The notes below the pieces were generated by a model that saw only the letters and a list, made by a program, of their open reading frames with translations, was not told the origin of the DNA and did not search any database. From Gemmatimonas sp. (GTDB taxonomy: Bacteria; Gemmatimonadota; Gemmatimonadetes; Gemmatimonadales; Gemmatimonadaceae): a stretch of DNA of 64,000 nt. The stretch is from assembly GCA_965279375.1 (NCBI GenBank), contig OZ257156.1, positions 1,376,001-1,440,000 of the forward strand. Direction: 5' to 3'. This document shows positions 26,708 to 37,300 of the stretch, piece by piece. How positions within the stretch are numbered: the first letter of the stretch is position 1; every line of letters starts with the position of its first letter. A program made the translations under genes and the position numbers.

Positions 26708-27634
26708 ATGATCCGACGCATCGCGCACGTGCTCCTCGTCCTGAGCGGACTGACCAGCGTGCCCTCGCTTCGCGCCCAACGCGCCCCAGACAGCGTGACG
26801 GTCCCGCTCATGGTGGAAGGGAATCGGCCGTATGTGCTCGTCACGATTCAACGGCCCGATGGCGCCACGCGAACGGCGCGCATGCTGCTGGATACCGGGG
26901 GCGGCGGGTTCTTGCTCACCGATCCCCTCGCGCGCGACCTCGGCCTGACGAGAGGTCCGACGACGCGCGAAGAAGGGCAAGACTTTGCGTCGGTCACCTC
27001 ACCCGTGATCGCACGCATTGGTACCGTGTCGCTCACGCTCAACCCGGAACGGATCTCGGTCGAGGTGGGCCGGGACAACGTCTTGCCGACCGCGGCTGCC
27101 GGGCACGCCGAGGGGATGATCCCCGGACATGTGCTCTCGCAGTACCACGTCGTCTTCGACTACCTCGCGCGCGCGTTCACAATCGCCGCACCGGGAGTTC
27201 TCACGCCGCGTGGCACGTCGCTGCCGATGCGGGTCGGTAACAAGTCGGGCTTCCCGCGCACCGAATGGCAGGTCGATGGCACGACGTACTCGATGCTGCT
27301 CGACAGCGGCGCGTCGTTCACGATGGTGTCGGAAGTGGTGCTCAAGGCACTGGGGCAGCGCCACCCTGAGTGGCCGCGTTACCCGGGGGCGTACGGCGAG
27401 GCGGCGACGCTGGGCGGACAAACGCTCGAAACGATGATCCTCCCGCAGGGCCAGTGGGGGCCGTTCGCCCTGGGCGAGGTCGGCATAACCTCGCAGCGTG
27501 AGGGCACGTTCGAACGCTTCATGAGCGGCATCATGCGAGGACCAGTCGTGGGCTCGTTGGCGGGGAACGTTCTCAAAGGGTTCCGCGTCGAGTTGGACTA
27601 CGCGCACGAGAAGCTGTATCTCTCGCGGCCATGA
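26708..27634 (+). CDS. Secreted retropepsin-like aspartyl protease (two domains)
   Basis: LLDTGG and LLDSGA motifs, signal peptide. Confidence 0.85.
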   Translation: MIRRIAHVLLVLSGLTSVPSLRAQRAPDSVTVPLMVEGNRPYVLVTIQRPDGATRTARMLLDTGGGGFLLTDPLARDLGLTRGPTTREEGQDFASVTSPVIARIGTVSLTLNPERISVEVGRDNVLPTAAAGHAEGMIPGHVLSQYHVVFDYLARAFTIAAPGVLTPRGTSLPMRVGNKSGFPRTEWQVDGTTYSMLLDSGASFTMVSEVVLKALGQRHPEWPRYPGAYGEAATLGGQTLETMILPQGQWGPFALGEVGITSQREGTFERFMSGIMRGPVVGSLAGNVLKGFRVELDYAHEKLYLSRP

Positions 27635-28155
27635 GTGCCATCGACCCCGCGAATCCCTTGCCAACGTCTGCGGCATTGCACGCAGCCGACGACGTCATCC
27701 GACATAGCCTGGCGACGCTCGCCTACCGCGCGTCAAAAGCAGTTCACGGCTGCCCCGCGGACTTTGCGACGCTGCGTGTTGGGCCGAGCTCGCGGACACC
27801 GGGCGAGATCCTGGCGCACATGGGTGACCTGATGGAGTGGGCGCTCACGATGGCTCAGGCGCGGACTGTGTGGCGCGACCAGCCGCCGCAAGACTGGGAC
27901 GCGGATGTGGCGCGTCTGTTCGTTGGTATTCGTGGCCTCGATGAGTTTCTCGAACGCGCCGCGCCACTCGAGTTCGCGGTGTTGTTGCAGCTGCTCCAGG
28001 GTCCCATCGCCGACGCACTGACGCATACGGGGCAGCTGACCTATCTCCGCCGGCTCGCGCATGTCCCCGTGCGCGGGGAGAGCTACCAACGGGCGCTCAT
28101 CGCGGTCGGACAGACAGGGATTGAGCAGCCTGCACCACAGCGCGAGTTCGACTGA
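27631..28155 (+). CDS. DinB-like protein
   Basis: EILAHMGD and ADALTHTGQL..LRRL motifs. Confidence 0.75.
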   Translation: MSAIDPANPLPTSAALHAADDVIRHSLATLAYRASKAVHGCPADFATLRVGPSSRTPGEILAHMGDLMEWALTMAQARTVWRDQPPQDWDADVARLFVGIRGLDEFLERAAPLEFAVLLQLLQGPIADALTHTGQLTYLRRLAHVPVRGESYQRALIAVGQTGIEQPAPQREFD

Positions 28156-28180
28156 ACTACGCTGCCAATCCCGCTTGTCC

Positions 28181-28930
28181 ATGACGTCGAGCATCGTCGG
28201 TGGCCCATTCCTGACGCGCGTTGGCCTGCGCGCAGATCGTGTCCAATCTGACGTACATCCGTTCACGCTGCCCATTCTCTCGGGCGGGCTGTCGCTCGAG
28301 TTCACGACGCCTGTGACCTTCCTCGTTGGCGAGAATGGATCGGGCAAGTCGTCGATTCTCGAGGCGCTCGCGTGGAGTGTCGGGTTCGGCTCGCAGGGTG
28401 GCAATCGTGATCATCAGTTCGTGGAGTCGGCAGAGGGACATGCACTGGGTCGCGCGCTGGCGCTGTCGTGGCGACAGCGTTCGACCGATGGGTTCTTCCT
28501 ACGCGCCGAAACGTTTCACCAGTTCGCGTCGCAACTGGAGGAGAGCGGAAGCACGTTCGCGCGATACGGCGGACGTTCATTGAATGAGCGATCACATGGT
28601 GAGGCGTTCCTCGCCCTGTTCGAGCATCGCTTCGAAGATGGACTCTACCTGCTCGATGAGCCTGAAGCCGCGCTGTCGCCGCAGCGACAGCTCGCATTCC
28701 TCAGCATCATGCACGAGCTCGCCCATCGGAGAGTGGCGCAGTTCATCGTCGCGACGCATTCGCCGATGCTCCTCTGTCTGCCGGGTGCGCGCGTGCTGAG
28801 TTTCGACGAGGACCGGATCACCGAGGTGCGCTACGACGAAACCGAGCACTTCCAGCTCACGCGCCGATTCCTGAACGATCCCGAGCGCTATTTCCGGCAT
28901 CTGCTGGACGATACCGGCGATCGCGGATAG
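28181..28930 (+). CDS. ABC/AAA-type ATPase (predicted ATPase)
   Basis: GENGSGKS, FFLRAE, SHGEAF, LLDEPE and ATHSP motifs. Confidence 0.88.
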   Translation: MTSSIVGGPFLTRVGLRADRVQSDVHPFTLPILSGGLSLEFTTPVTFLVGENGSGKSSILEALAWSVGFGSQGGNRDHQFVESAEGHALGRALALSWRQRSTDGFFLRAETFHQFASQLEESGSTFARYGGRSLNERSHGEAFLALFEHRFEDGLYLLDEPEAALSPQRQLAFLSIMHELAHRRVAQFIVATHSPMLLCLPGARVLSFDEDRITEVRYDETEHFQLTRRFLNDPERYFRHLLDDTGDRG

Positions 28931-29006
28931 GCCGCCGCTCGGCGTGAGGAGAGATCGCCGACGCTTGTGCTCTTCCGCCGTGCCGCCGTCGCACCGACAT
29001 TCGAGC

Positions 29007-30431
29007 ATGCCTACCTTCCCATCTTCCGCGCCCGGGTTCGCCGTACGCGCGCGAGCTGTTCGCAGAGTGTTCTTGAGCGCGTCGGCCGCATTGCTGCTCA
29101 CAGCATCCGGCCCATCACCACTGCGCGCACAGTCGTCGGCCTGGCGCTCACTGTTCGACGGCAAGACGCTGGCAGGATGGACGCCCTGCAACGGCTCGGC
29201 GCCCTACACCGTCGAAGACGGCGCGATCGTCGGTCGAACGGTGGTCAAGTCGCCCAACAGCTTCCTTTGTTCGACGGAGCGGTTCGGCGACTTCATCCTC
29301 GAGTACGAGGTGTGGGTTGGTCCCGACTTCAACAGCGGCGTGCAGATCCGCAGCGCGGTGGATCCCGCGGTTCGCGGCGGACGCGTGCACGGCTATCAGG
29401 TGGAAGTGGATCCGTCGCCGCGCGCGTGGAGTGGCGGTTTGTACGATGAGTCCCGACGCGGGTGGCTGCACACACTCGATGGCAAGCCGGCATCGCAACG
29501 TGCGTTCAAGGTGAATGCGTGGAATCGATTCCGCGTGGAGGCGATCGGTCCGTCGATCCGCACGTGGGTGAATGGCGTTCCCGCCGCGAACGTGCTCGAC
29601 GACGAGAGTCCCAGCGGCATTCTCGCGCTGCAGGTACACGGCATCGGGAACGATGCGTCGAAGGCGGGACAGATGGTCCGCTTTCGCAACCTGCGCATTC
29701 GAACCACGGCGCTGGCTGCGGTGCGTACGCCCGATCGCGCCGAAGTACCGCAGTACAACTACGTCCCCAACACCGTCTCGCCGCTCGAGGCCAAGACGGG
29801 ATGGGCGCTCTTATGGGATGGCAAGACGAATGCGGGATGGCGCGGCGCAAAGCTCTCGACGTTCCCCACAACGGGCTGGGGCATGGCCAATGGTGAGTTG
29901 AGCGTTGCGGAGACGGAGGGAAAGGAGGCCGCGGCTGCCGGTGACATCGTCACGACGAAGCAGTACACCAACTTCGAGCTGATTGCGGAGTATCGCATCA
30001 CGCGTGGCGCGAACAGCGGCATCAAGTACTTCGTGGATACGGAGCTCAACAAGGGCGAGGGTTCGTCGATCGGATGCGAGTTTCAAGTGCTCGACGATGC
30101 CGTGCATCCCGACGCGAAGCTGGGCGTGAAAGGCAACCGTACCAACGGCGGACTCTACGACCTCATCCCGCCGCAGAACGTGCGCTTCAATGGCGTCGGC
30201 GAGTGGAATCGAGCGCGCATCGTCGTCCGTGGTGCGCACGTCGAGCATTGGCTCAACGGCTTCAAGACGGTGGAGTACGAGCGCGGCACACAGATGTGGC
30301 GCGCGCTGGTGGACAAGAGCAAGTACACGGTGTGGCCGAAGTTCGGCGAAGCGAAGTCGGGACACATTCTGCTGCAGGACCATGGCAACAGTGTCTCGTT
30401 CCGTTCGATCAAGCTGCGCGAACTCCCCTGA
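29007..30431 (+). CDS. Tandem DUF1080 (3-keto-disaccharide hydrolase-like) protein
   Basis: Two repeats of LFDGKT..GW / NSG / WN / G.I.LQ.HG / FR.I. Start uncertain. Confidence 0.9.
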   Translation: MPTFPSSAPGFAVRARAVRRVFLSASAALLLTASGPSPLRAQSSAWRSLFDGKTLAGWTPCNGSAPYTVEDGAIVGRTVVKSPNSFLCSTERFGDFILEYEVWVGPDFNSGVQIRSAVDPAVRGGRVHGYQVEVDPSPRAWSGGLYDESRRGWLHTLDGKPASQRAFKVNAWNRFRVEAIGPSIRTWVNGVPAANVLDDESPSGILALQVHGIGNDASKAGQMVRFRNLRIRTTALAAVRTPDRAEVPQYNYVPNTVSPLEAKTGWALLWDGKTNAGWRGAKLSTFPTTGWGMANGELSVAETEGKEAAAAGDIVTTKQYTNFELIAEYRITRGANSGIKYFVDTELNKGEGSSIGCEFQVLDDAVHPDAKLGVKGNRTNGGLYDLIPPQNVRFNGVGEWNRARIVVRGAHVEHWLNGFKTVEYERGTQMWRALVDKSKYTVWPKFGEAKSGHILLQDHGNSVSFRSIKLRELP

Positions 30432-30455
30432 CGCACCGACGCCGGAGACCACTCG

Positions 30456-31865
30456 ATGTCCTCACGACGCGACTTCTTCAAACACTCGCTCGCTGGTTCG
30501 GCGGCGATCATGGCGCCGACCTTCATTCCGCGTACGTACCTGTTCGGCGACGCGCTGCCACCCAGTCGCGTCGTCAACGTGGCGCAGATCGGCTGCGGAC
30601 GGATGGGCATGGAGGACCTGCGCGGTACGATGGCGCACGATCTCTGTCGCATGGTCGCGGTCTGTGATCTGGATGAGAAGCGACTCGCGGCGGCACGCAC
30701 TGAGATGGAGCAGTTCTACACCGCCAAGGGCGAGCGCAACGTGAGTGTGATCGCCACGCGCGACTATCGCGAGTTGCTTGCGCGTCCGGATATCGACGCG
30801 GTGCTGGTGACGCCGCCCGATCACTGGCACGCCATCATCGCGGTGGAAGCGCTGCTCGCCGGCAAAGACGTGCACGTGCAGAAGCCGATCACGTACGACA
30901 TCGCCGAGTCGATTGCGCTGCGCACGGCGGTGCGTGCGAAGGGGCGTATTCTGCAAGTGGGCAGTCAGCAGCGCTCCTCGACGCCCTGGAACACGTTCCG
31001 CATCGCCAGCGAAGCCGTGCGCAACGGACGCATCGGCAAACTGCAGACTGTTCGCATTGGCATCGGGCAGGACCAGCCGCTGGGTAGGCCGGCACAGGTG
31101 CAGTCGATTCCCTCGACATTCGACTACGAGACGTGGCTTGGCCCCGCGCCTGAACAGGCCTACATGGAGGAGCGCGTGCATCCACAGTCCGGTTACGGTC
31201 GGCCGGGGTGGATCACCACCGAAGACTTTGGGCTTGGCATGATCACCAATTGGGGCGCGCATCACATGGACATCGCGCAGTGGGCGATGGGCATGGAGCT
31301 CGGCGGACCGAAGACGGTGGAAGGACACGCGACATTCATGCGCAACGACGCGTGGACCGTGCATCACACGTATCACGTGGAGATGCAGTACCCGAACGGC
31401 GTGCAGCTCATTCTCGATCAGTCGTACCCGAACGGCATTCGCTTTGAAGGGAGTGATGGCTGGGTGTTCTGCGCACGCGGTTCGGCGCAGGTGACGAGCA
31501 GCGACCCCAGCGCAAAGGCGTCTGCTGACGGGAAGGCTTCACTCGACGCGAGCCGGTATGCGTTGCTGACAGAGCCGTATGGCGCGCGCGATGTGCGCTG
31601 GATGCCGAGCGAGAATCACTATCGCAACTGGCTGGAGGCGATTGCGTCGCGCAAGGATCCGATTGCGCCGGTGGAGCAGGCTGTGAAAAGCCTGCAGGCG
31701 TGCGCCACCGGGTGGATTGCGATGAAGCTCGATCGCAAGCTGACGTGGGATGCCGCGCGCGAAACATTTGTCGGAGACGCCGAGGCGAACAAGTTGCGTG
31801 CGCGCGCGCCACGGTCGTCGCGCTATGACATTCAGCGTGTGATGCGCGAGGCGGGGTTGGCGTGA
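30456..31865 (+). CDS. Tat-exported Gfo/Idh/MocA oxidoreductase
   Basis: SRRDFFK Tat motif, IGCGRMG, PPDHWH, QKP, GSQQRS, WGAHHMD. Confidence 0.92.
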   Translation: MSSRRDFFKHSLAGSAAIMAPTFIPRTYLFGDALPPSRVVNVAQIGCGRMGMEDLRGTMAHDLCRMVAVCDLDEKRLAAARTEMEQFYTAKGERNVSVIATRDYRELLARPDIDAVLVTPPDHWHAIIAVEALLAGKDVHVQKPITYDIAESIALRTAVRAKGRILQVGSQQRSSTPWNTFRIASEAVRNGRIGKLQTVRIGIGQDQPLGRPAQVQSIPSTFDYETWLGPAPEQAYMEERVHPQSGYGRPGWITTEDFGLGMITNWGAHHMDIAQWAMGMELGGPKTVEGHATFMRNDAWTVHHTYHVEMQYPNGVQLILDQSYPNGIRFEGSDGWVFCARGSAQVTSSDPSAKASADGKASLDASRYALLTEPYGARDVRWMPSENHYRNWLEAIASRKDPIAPVEQAVKSLQACATGWIAMKLDRKLTWDAARETFVGDAEANKLRARAPRSSRYDIQRVMREAGLA

Positions 31866-34045
31866 AGTCTGTCGTGCGAGCGCTGTGTGCGGCAGTGGTG
31901 GTGTGCTCGCATGCAGCGCTGGTGCCGCTGGCGTCTGCGCAGACAGTCGCATCATCGAGGGGGCAAGCGGCGTCTCTGCTGATGCCGACTCCTGCCTCGG
32001 CACGCTTCGACGCGGATTCACCAACGGTGTTTGGTCGGATCAGCACGGCGCTGCCGCAGGATGCCGGACCGATCCTGCGTAGTGCGTCGCTGCGATTGGT
32101 ACAGCGACTGCACGCTATGGCCGCGCCCCAGTCTGCGGTGGCATCCGCTCTGGCACTGTTGCAGGTGCAGGTGATTTGTGTCTGCGCACGTGGCTCGGGA
32201 CTCGCACTGCACGGCGACGAAAGCTCGACGATTCGTCTGACAAAGCGCGGCGCTGAGATTCGCGCCAACACCGAAGTGGGCGTGCTGCGCGCCTTCGCCA
32301 CGATCACGCAGCTCGCGCAACCGGCGGTGGACGGCTTCACACTGCCAACGGGCGAGATCACCGATCGTCCGCGCTTTCCGTGGCGCGGACTCATGATCGA
32401 CGTCGCACGGCACTTTCAGTCCGTCGCGGCGATCAAGCGCCAGATCGATGCGATGGAGCTCGTCAAGCTCAACGTGCTGCACCTGCATCTGAGCGACAAC
32501 GAAGGCTTTCGACTCGAGAGCCGACGCTTTCCGAAGTTGCACACGATCGCCTCCAACGGCGAGTACTACACGCAGGCACAGATCCGTGAGCTTGTCGCCT
32601 ACGCAGCGAATCGCGGTGTGCGTGTCGTGCCGGAGATCGATCTGCCGGGGCACAGTCGCGCGATCACGGCTGCGTATCCGTTTCTGTCGAGCGATACGAC
32701 AGGAGCACGCACCGCCGAGATCGACCCCACGCGCGAGAGTACGTATGCGTTCGTGAGCGACTTGCTCACAGAAGTTGCTACGCTCTTCCCCGATCCCTAC
32801 CTCCACGTCGGCGCTGATGAAGTGAACGCGGCGCAGTGGAACAGGAATCCGGCGATTCAGCGCTACATGCGTGCCAACAACCTCCCCAACGCACACGCAT
32901 TGCAGGCGCGCTTCACCACACGTGTGCACGGCATCGTGCAGCGACTCGGCAAAACGATGATCGGATGGGACGAGATTCTGGCGCCCGATCTCCCGTCCAG
33001 CGTGGTCGTACAGAGTTGGCGCAGTTCGACGCAGTCGGCGCGCGCGGCGCAGCACGGGCATCAGGTGATCGTGTCGGCGGGGAACTACCTCGACTGGCTC
33101 ACGCCGTCCGACAGTCTGCACCGCATGGATCCGTTCGACATGCGCGCGTTTGGGCTGGCGGCGAGCGATCGCGACGTGCTGCGCGGCACGCGTCTCGAGA
33201 CGGCGATTCCCGAGGGATTCGTCACCGATCTGCAGGCGCGGCTGACGGCGGACGATGAACGGAAGATTCTGGGCGGCGAGGCCGCGATGTGGACGGAGCT
33301 GGTGACCGAGGAGAAGCTCGATGCCACGATCTGGCCGCGTACGGCGGCGGTCGCCGATCAGTTGTGGGCACCGCGAGGCACCGTGACGGCACCGCTCGAC
33401 GAGCGGATTGCTGCGGTCGCCGCTGGTTTGGAGCGCATCGGCCTGCAACATCGTCGCTCACCCGTCGCGATGCGTCGTCGCTTGGCGCCCGAAGGTGGCG
33501 AGCCTCTGGAGGTAATCGCGCAGGCGCTCGAACCGGTCAAGTTCTACGCGCACAACCACAAGGCACGCGGGCAGGGAAGTCCGCCACAGCAGTTCACGGC
33601 GCTGGCCGATGCGCTGTCGCCCGAAAGTGCTACCGCCGTTCGATTCAACCGCTTAGCGCGGGAATGGAGTCCGAGCGCGCGCGGCGCGGGCGACGAGCTA
33701 CGCGCGTTGCTCGTGCAGTGGCGCGACCAGCAGGCGGCGATGGAGACGCTGATCGATCGCTATCCCGCGCTGGCTGATGCCCGTGAGGCGTCGCGGGATC
33801 TCGCCGTCCTCGCCGGGGGAGCGCTCGACGCCATGGACCAGATCGAGCGAGGCACGCTGCCCAGTGCGCAGTGGCGCGCGCGGCTTCAGCCCGTACTCGA
33901 TCGGCAGGCCAGCTACGTGACGGCGGCGAAGAACTTCGTGCAGTCCTTCGTTACACCCCAGCCACCGGGCGACTTGCTGCTGGCCCCACTGGCGGGACTT
34001 CGCCGACTGATAGAGGCCGCTTCGGAGCGCCGGCCGCAGCCCTGA
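31862..34045 (+). CDS. GH20 beta-N-acetylhexosaminidase
   Basis: PRFPWRGLMIDVARHF, PEIDLPGH, HVGADE and GGEAAMWTE motifs. Confidence 0.92.
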   Translation: MKSVVRALCAAVVVCSHAALVPLASAQTVASSRGQAASLLMPTPASARFDADSPTVFGRISTALPQDAGPILRSASLRLVQRLHAMAAPQSAVASALALLQVQVICVCARGSGLALHGDESSTIRLTKRGAEIRANTEVGVLRAFATITQLAQPAVDGFTLPTGEITDRPRFPWRGLMIDVARHFQSVAAIKRQIDAMELVKLNVLHLHLSDNEGFRLESRRFPKLHTIASNGEYYTQAQIRELVAYAANRGVRVVPEIDLPGHSRAITAAYPFLSSDTTGARTAEIDPTRESTYAFVSDLLTEVATLFPDPYLHVGADEVNAAQWNRNPAIQRYMRANNLPNAHALQARFTTRVHGIVQRLGKTMIGWDEILAPDLPSSVVVQSWRSSTQSARAAQHGHQVIVSAGNYLDWLTPSDSLHRMDPFDMRAFGLAASDRDVLRGTRLETAIPEGFVTDLQARLTADDERKILGGEAAMWTELVTEEKLDATIWPRTAAVADQLWAPRGTVTAPLDERIAAVAAGLERIGLQHRRSPVAMRRRLAPEGGEPLEVIAQALEPVKFYAHNHKARGQGSPPQQFTALADALSPESATAVRFNRLAREWSPSARGAGDELRALLVQWRDQQAAMETLIDRYPALADAREASRDLAVLAGGALDAMDQIERGTLPSAQWRARLQPVLDRQASYVTAAKNFVQSFVTPQPPGDLLLAPLAGLRRLIEAASERRPQP

Positions 34046-34126
34046 CACCAGCGAAGGTGATATTCTTCGGAGATCGCCCGTCGCTCATCGCTGCTCGGCT
34101 CGCTCCCGGTCTTTTTCCGTCTTCGC

Positions 34127-35749
34127 GTGACCCTTCTCTCCGTATCGAACGTCGGCCTCTCCTTTGGCGCGACTGAGCTGTTCAAGAACATCACCTTCAC
34201 CGTCGCCGAAGGTGAGCGGTGGGGGATCATCGGTCGCAACGGCGCCGGCAAGTCGTCGATCTTCAAGATCATCATCGGCGAGCACGAGCCCACCGTCGGC
34301 AGCGTGGCACGCAAGCCGGGACTTCGGCACGCGCTGCTCGACCAGCACCGGGCGTTCGAGGGTGCGACGACGGTGTGGGAGGCTGGCGCAGCGGCGTGGC
34401 GCGAAGTCATCGACCTCGAGAAGCGCATCGCGGCGCAGGCCATTGAACTTGGTGAGCTTGGCGAGAAGGTCACCGATGAATTTCTCGAACGATTCGGACG
34501 CGATCAGGAGCGCTTCGCCGACATCGGCGGATACGTGTACCACGCGCGCGTGGACGCCGTGTTGCAAGGCCTGGGCTTTGACGCCGAAGAATCGAAGACG
34601 CGACTCGTGTCCACGCTGTCGGGCGGCGAACGCGGACGCGTCGGACTCGCGGCGCAGCTCATCGCGCCTGCCGATCTGTTGCTGCTCGACGAACCGACCA
34701 ATCACCTGGATCTCGATACGACCACCTGGCTTCAGGAGTGGCTGAGTGAGGCGGACGAAACGGTGATTGTCGTATCGCACGATCGTGCGTTCATGGATGC
34801 TGTCTGCACGAACATCCTGCACATCGAAGCGAAGACCAGCGAGTCGTACAAGGGCAACTACAGCCAGTTCGTGCCGCAGCGTGCAGAACGACGACTCACG
34901 CGCGAGCGCGAGCTGGAGAAGCAGCGTGCGTACGTGAAAAAGGAAGAGGAGTACATCCGTCGGAACCTCGCGGGCGTCAACTCGTTCCAGGCGAAGGGCA
35001 AGCGCAAGCGACTCGAGCGTCTGCCGCGTCTCGCGCCACCGCCGGGCGATCCGGCCGCGATGTCCCTGCGCTTTGACGTCGCGGATCGTGGCGGCGATCA
35101 GGTGACGTCGATCCAGGATCTCCGTGTGGAGGTGCCGGGACGAGTGCTCGTGGAGGGTTTCACCGCGACACTGCGACGCAACGACTTCGTGGCACTCGTG
35201 GGTCCCAACGGCGCAGGCAAGTCCTCATTCATCTCCACGATTCTTGGCGATCGCGCGCCGGCGCATGGCGAAGCGCGCGTGGGCAAATCGATCACGCCGG
35301 CCTGGTTCCGGCAGGACCTGTCGGATCTGCCGCTGCGCATTTCGATGTTCGATGCGATCCAGAATCAGCGCCCGCTCTGGAGCCGCGGCAACGTGCAGAA
35401 TCACCTCGGCGCGTTCGGCTTCAGCGGCGACGACGTACTGCGCGAGATTCATACGCTGAGCGGCGGTGAACGCGCGCGCATGGCGTTGGCACTGATGACG
35501 CTCGCGCAGGCGAACCTGCTGGTGCTCGACGAGCCCACCAATCACCTCGACGTCGAAAACATCGAGGTGCTCGAGGACGCGCTCGCCGAGTATGAGGGCA
35601 CGGTGTTGTTGGTGAGTCACGATCGCGCGTTCCTGCGTGAAGTCGCCACGCGCGTGTGGGCGTTCGACGGGACGCGGCTGGTTGATTTCGACGGCCCGTT
35701 CGAAGAGTGGGAAGCGGATCGCGCGCGCAGGGCCGCAGCCGCGCGTTAA
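34127..35749 (+). CDS. ABC-F family ATP-binding protein
   Basis: Two ABC domains (GRNGAGKS / GPNGAGKS, LSGGE, LDEPTNHLD twice), no TM segments. Confidence 0.93.
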   Translation: MTLLSVSNVGLSFGATELFKNITFTVAEGERWGIIGRNGAGKSSIFKIIIGEHEPTVGSVARKPGLRHALLDQHRAFEGATTVWEAGAAAWREVIDLEKRIAAQAIELGELGEKVTDEFLERFGRDQERFADIGGYVYHARVDAVLQGLGFDAEESKTRLVSTLSGGERGRVGLAAQLIAPADLLLLDEPTNHLDLDTTTWLQEWLSEADETVIVVSHDRAFMDAVCTNILHIEAKTSESYKGNYSQFVPQRAERRLTRERELEKQRAYVKKEEEYIRRNLAGVNSFQAKGKRKRLERLPRLAPPPGDPAAMSLRFDVADRGGDQVTSIQDLRVEVPGRVLVEGFTATLRRNDFVALVGPNGAGKSSFISTILGDRAPAHGEARVGKSITPAWFRQDLSDLPLRISMFDAIQNQRPLWSRGNVQNHLGAFGFSGDDVLREIHTLSGGERARMALALMTLAQANLLVLDEPTNHLDVENIEVLEDALAEYEGTVLLVSHDRAFLREVATRVWAFDGTRLVDFDGPFEEWEADRARRAAAAR

Positions 35750-35798
35750 ACGTTGGGCGTAGGTCGTGTGTTGCCGTCTCATTCAATGCCCGAGTCCA

Positions 35799-36461
35799 AT
35801 GCGATATCGGCTTCTGCTGGTGCTGAGTGTCGTCCTGCCTCGTCTGACGGCTGCGCAGTATGTTGGCGTATCCGTCGGGCGTTCGGTGTCCACCGTTGAT
35901 TGGCAGTATCCACCGCCACCGGCGGATTGTGGCAACTGTATCTCCGATGCGTATCCCACCGCATCGCGCCACGCGACGACATCGGCCGTCACGGCGCAGT
36001 GGCGCCCGACGTGCACGCTCGGCGTCGTCACCGAGCTCCGGCTGGCGCCCAAGGGCTACGCGGTCACGCAGCCCACGCCGCGCGTGGACTATCTGCAAGT
36101 ACCGTTGTTGCTGCGTGTGGGGCGCATCGCAGGACCACGCGCGTCGCTGCGGCCGTATCTCGAAGCAGGGCCGGCGTTGGCGGTGCGTGTGCGCTGTCGA
36201 GTGTTCTACAACAGCGCCAGTGATCCATGTGTGCGTGGCGCGGTGTTCGGGCAGGACTGGGAGCTGCGGCGCGTTGACCTGTCAGCAATCGGCGGCGCGG
36301 GTCTCGCGTTCCATGCACGGCGCACGATGGTGCAGGTGGGCGGCCGAGTGGATTGGGGGCTGCGGGACATGGGTGGGCCGGAGCGGTTTCCGACTAAACA
36401 CCGCGCGGCGTTGTGGTATGTTGGGGCGCTGATGCCGATTGGTCCGGTGTCGCGGCAGTAG
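35799..36461 (+). CDS. Outer-membrane beta-barrel (porin-family-like) protein
   Basis: Signal peptide, KG..., DYLQVPLLLR and PYLEAGP motifs. Confidence 0.75.
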   Translation: MRYRLLLVLSVVLPRLTAAQYVGVSVGRSVSTVDWQYPPPPADCGNCISDAYPTASRHATTSAVTAQWRPTCTLGVVTELRLAPKGYAVTQPTPRVDYLQVPLLLRVGRIAGPRASLRPYLEAGPALAVRVRCRVFYNSASDPCVRGAVFGQDWELRRVDLSAIGGAGLAFHARRTMVQVGGRVDWGLRDMGGPERFPTKHRAALWYVGALMPIGPVSRQ

Positions 36462-36486
36462 CACTTCAACACGTGTGAGGTCACCG

Positions 36487-36720
36487 GTGTCGACGAAGCC
36501 CGAGATTACTCATCCAAATGCGAAGGCATTTCCGGCCGGCCTCAGCGGACCTGCGTTGCGCGCGCTCGCACGCGCGGGCATCCGATCGATGGATGACCTT
36601 GCGGGTTGGTCATCGGGAGACCTCGCAGCGCTTCACGGCATGGGTCCCAAAGCGATGCGCCAACTGACCGACGCAGAGCGTGAGCGCGTCGGCGAACGCG
36701 GTGTGTCAACCGACGGTTAA
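36487..36720 (+). CDS. Small helix-hairpin-helix DNA-binding protein (RNAP alpha-CTD-like)
   Basis: LSGPALRAL..AGI...DL......L..LHGMGPKA. GTG start after GAGG. Confidence 0.8.
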   Translation: MSTKPEITHPNAKAFPAGLSGPALRALARAGIRSMDDLAGWSSGDLAALHGMGPKAMRQLTDAERERVGERGVSTDG

Positions 36721-36789
36721 GGTCGATGCACACTTCACGTATCAGATCGGCCGCTGGAAACTCGAGGCAGTAATCACACTTTACCAACA

Positions 36790-37287
36790 ATGACCATGCG
36801 AATTCCCTCAGTCCTCGTCGCCATCGCCGCAGTCATCGTCGTACGAGGCACGCTGCACGCACAGGTGCCGCAGCTGGATCCCATGCAACGCGCCGCCATG
36901 CAGGAGGTGGCGGGTCAAATCAACAGACCCGCCGAGTTCGTGCTGCAGCATCGCGATGACCTTGCGCTCACCGGCGCGCAGGTGACTGCGGTGCAAGCGC
37001 TCGTGGTGGCACAGCGCGACTCCGCGCAGGCGCGGCAGCGGCGTACCGTTAACAAGATGCGGGCGAATGCGACTGGCACGGTGATGTCGGCCATCGTGCA
37101 ATGGACGGGTCCGGTGGACGAGGCTAGTGTGCGCGAAACCCTCTGTCAGCAGTCAGCCAGTCAGGTGGATGTGATGCTTGGACTCGCCCTGGATCGACGA
37201 GCGGTCGCGGCAGTCCTCACACCCGATCAAGTCGGGCAACTGATGCGCCTTCAGACCGGTGACCTCCTGAAAGCCATCAGGAAGTAG
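36790..37287 (+). CDS. Periplasmic Spy/CpxP-like helical protein
   Basis: Signal peptide, L.LT.AQ and VLTPDQ (LTxxQ) motifs. Confidence 0.65.
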   Translation: MTMRIPSVLVAIAAVIVVRGTLHAQVPQLDPMQRAAMQEVAGQINRPAEFVLQHRDDLALTGAQVTAVQALVVAQRDSAQARQRRTVNKMRANATGTVMSAIVQWTGPVDEASVRETLCQQSASQVDVMLGLALDRRAVAAVLTPDQVGQLMRLQTGDLLKAIRK

Positions 37288-37300
37288 TAACTATGTCTGC

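Noticed and set aside
35745..35765. AAC-GTTGGGC right after the ABC-F stop as a secondary cassette insertion site
   Set aside because: The 7-bp match has no complementary R'' at the end of the following genes.
36487..36720. Small HhH protein or the arr-GNAT pair as a toxin-antitoxin module
   Set aside because: No cognate toxin/antitoxin partner motifs. Arr has the rifamycin-specific signature.
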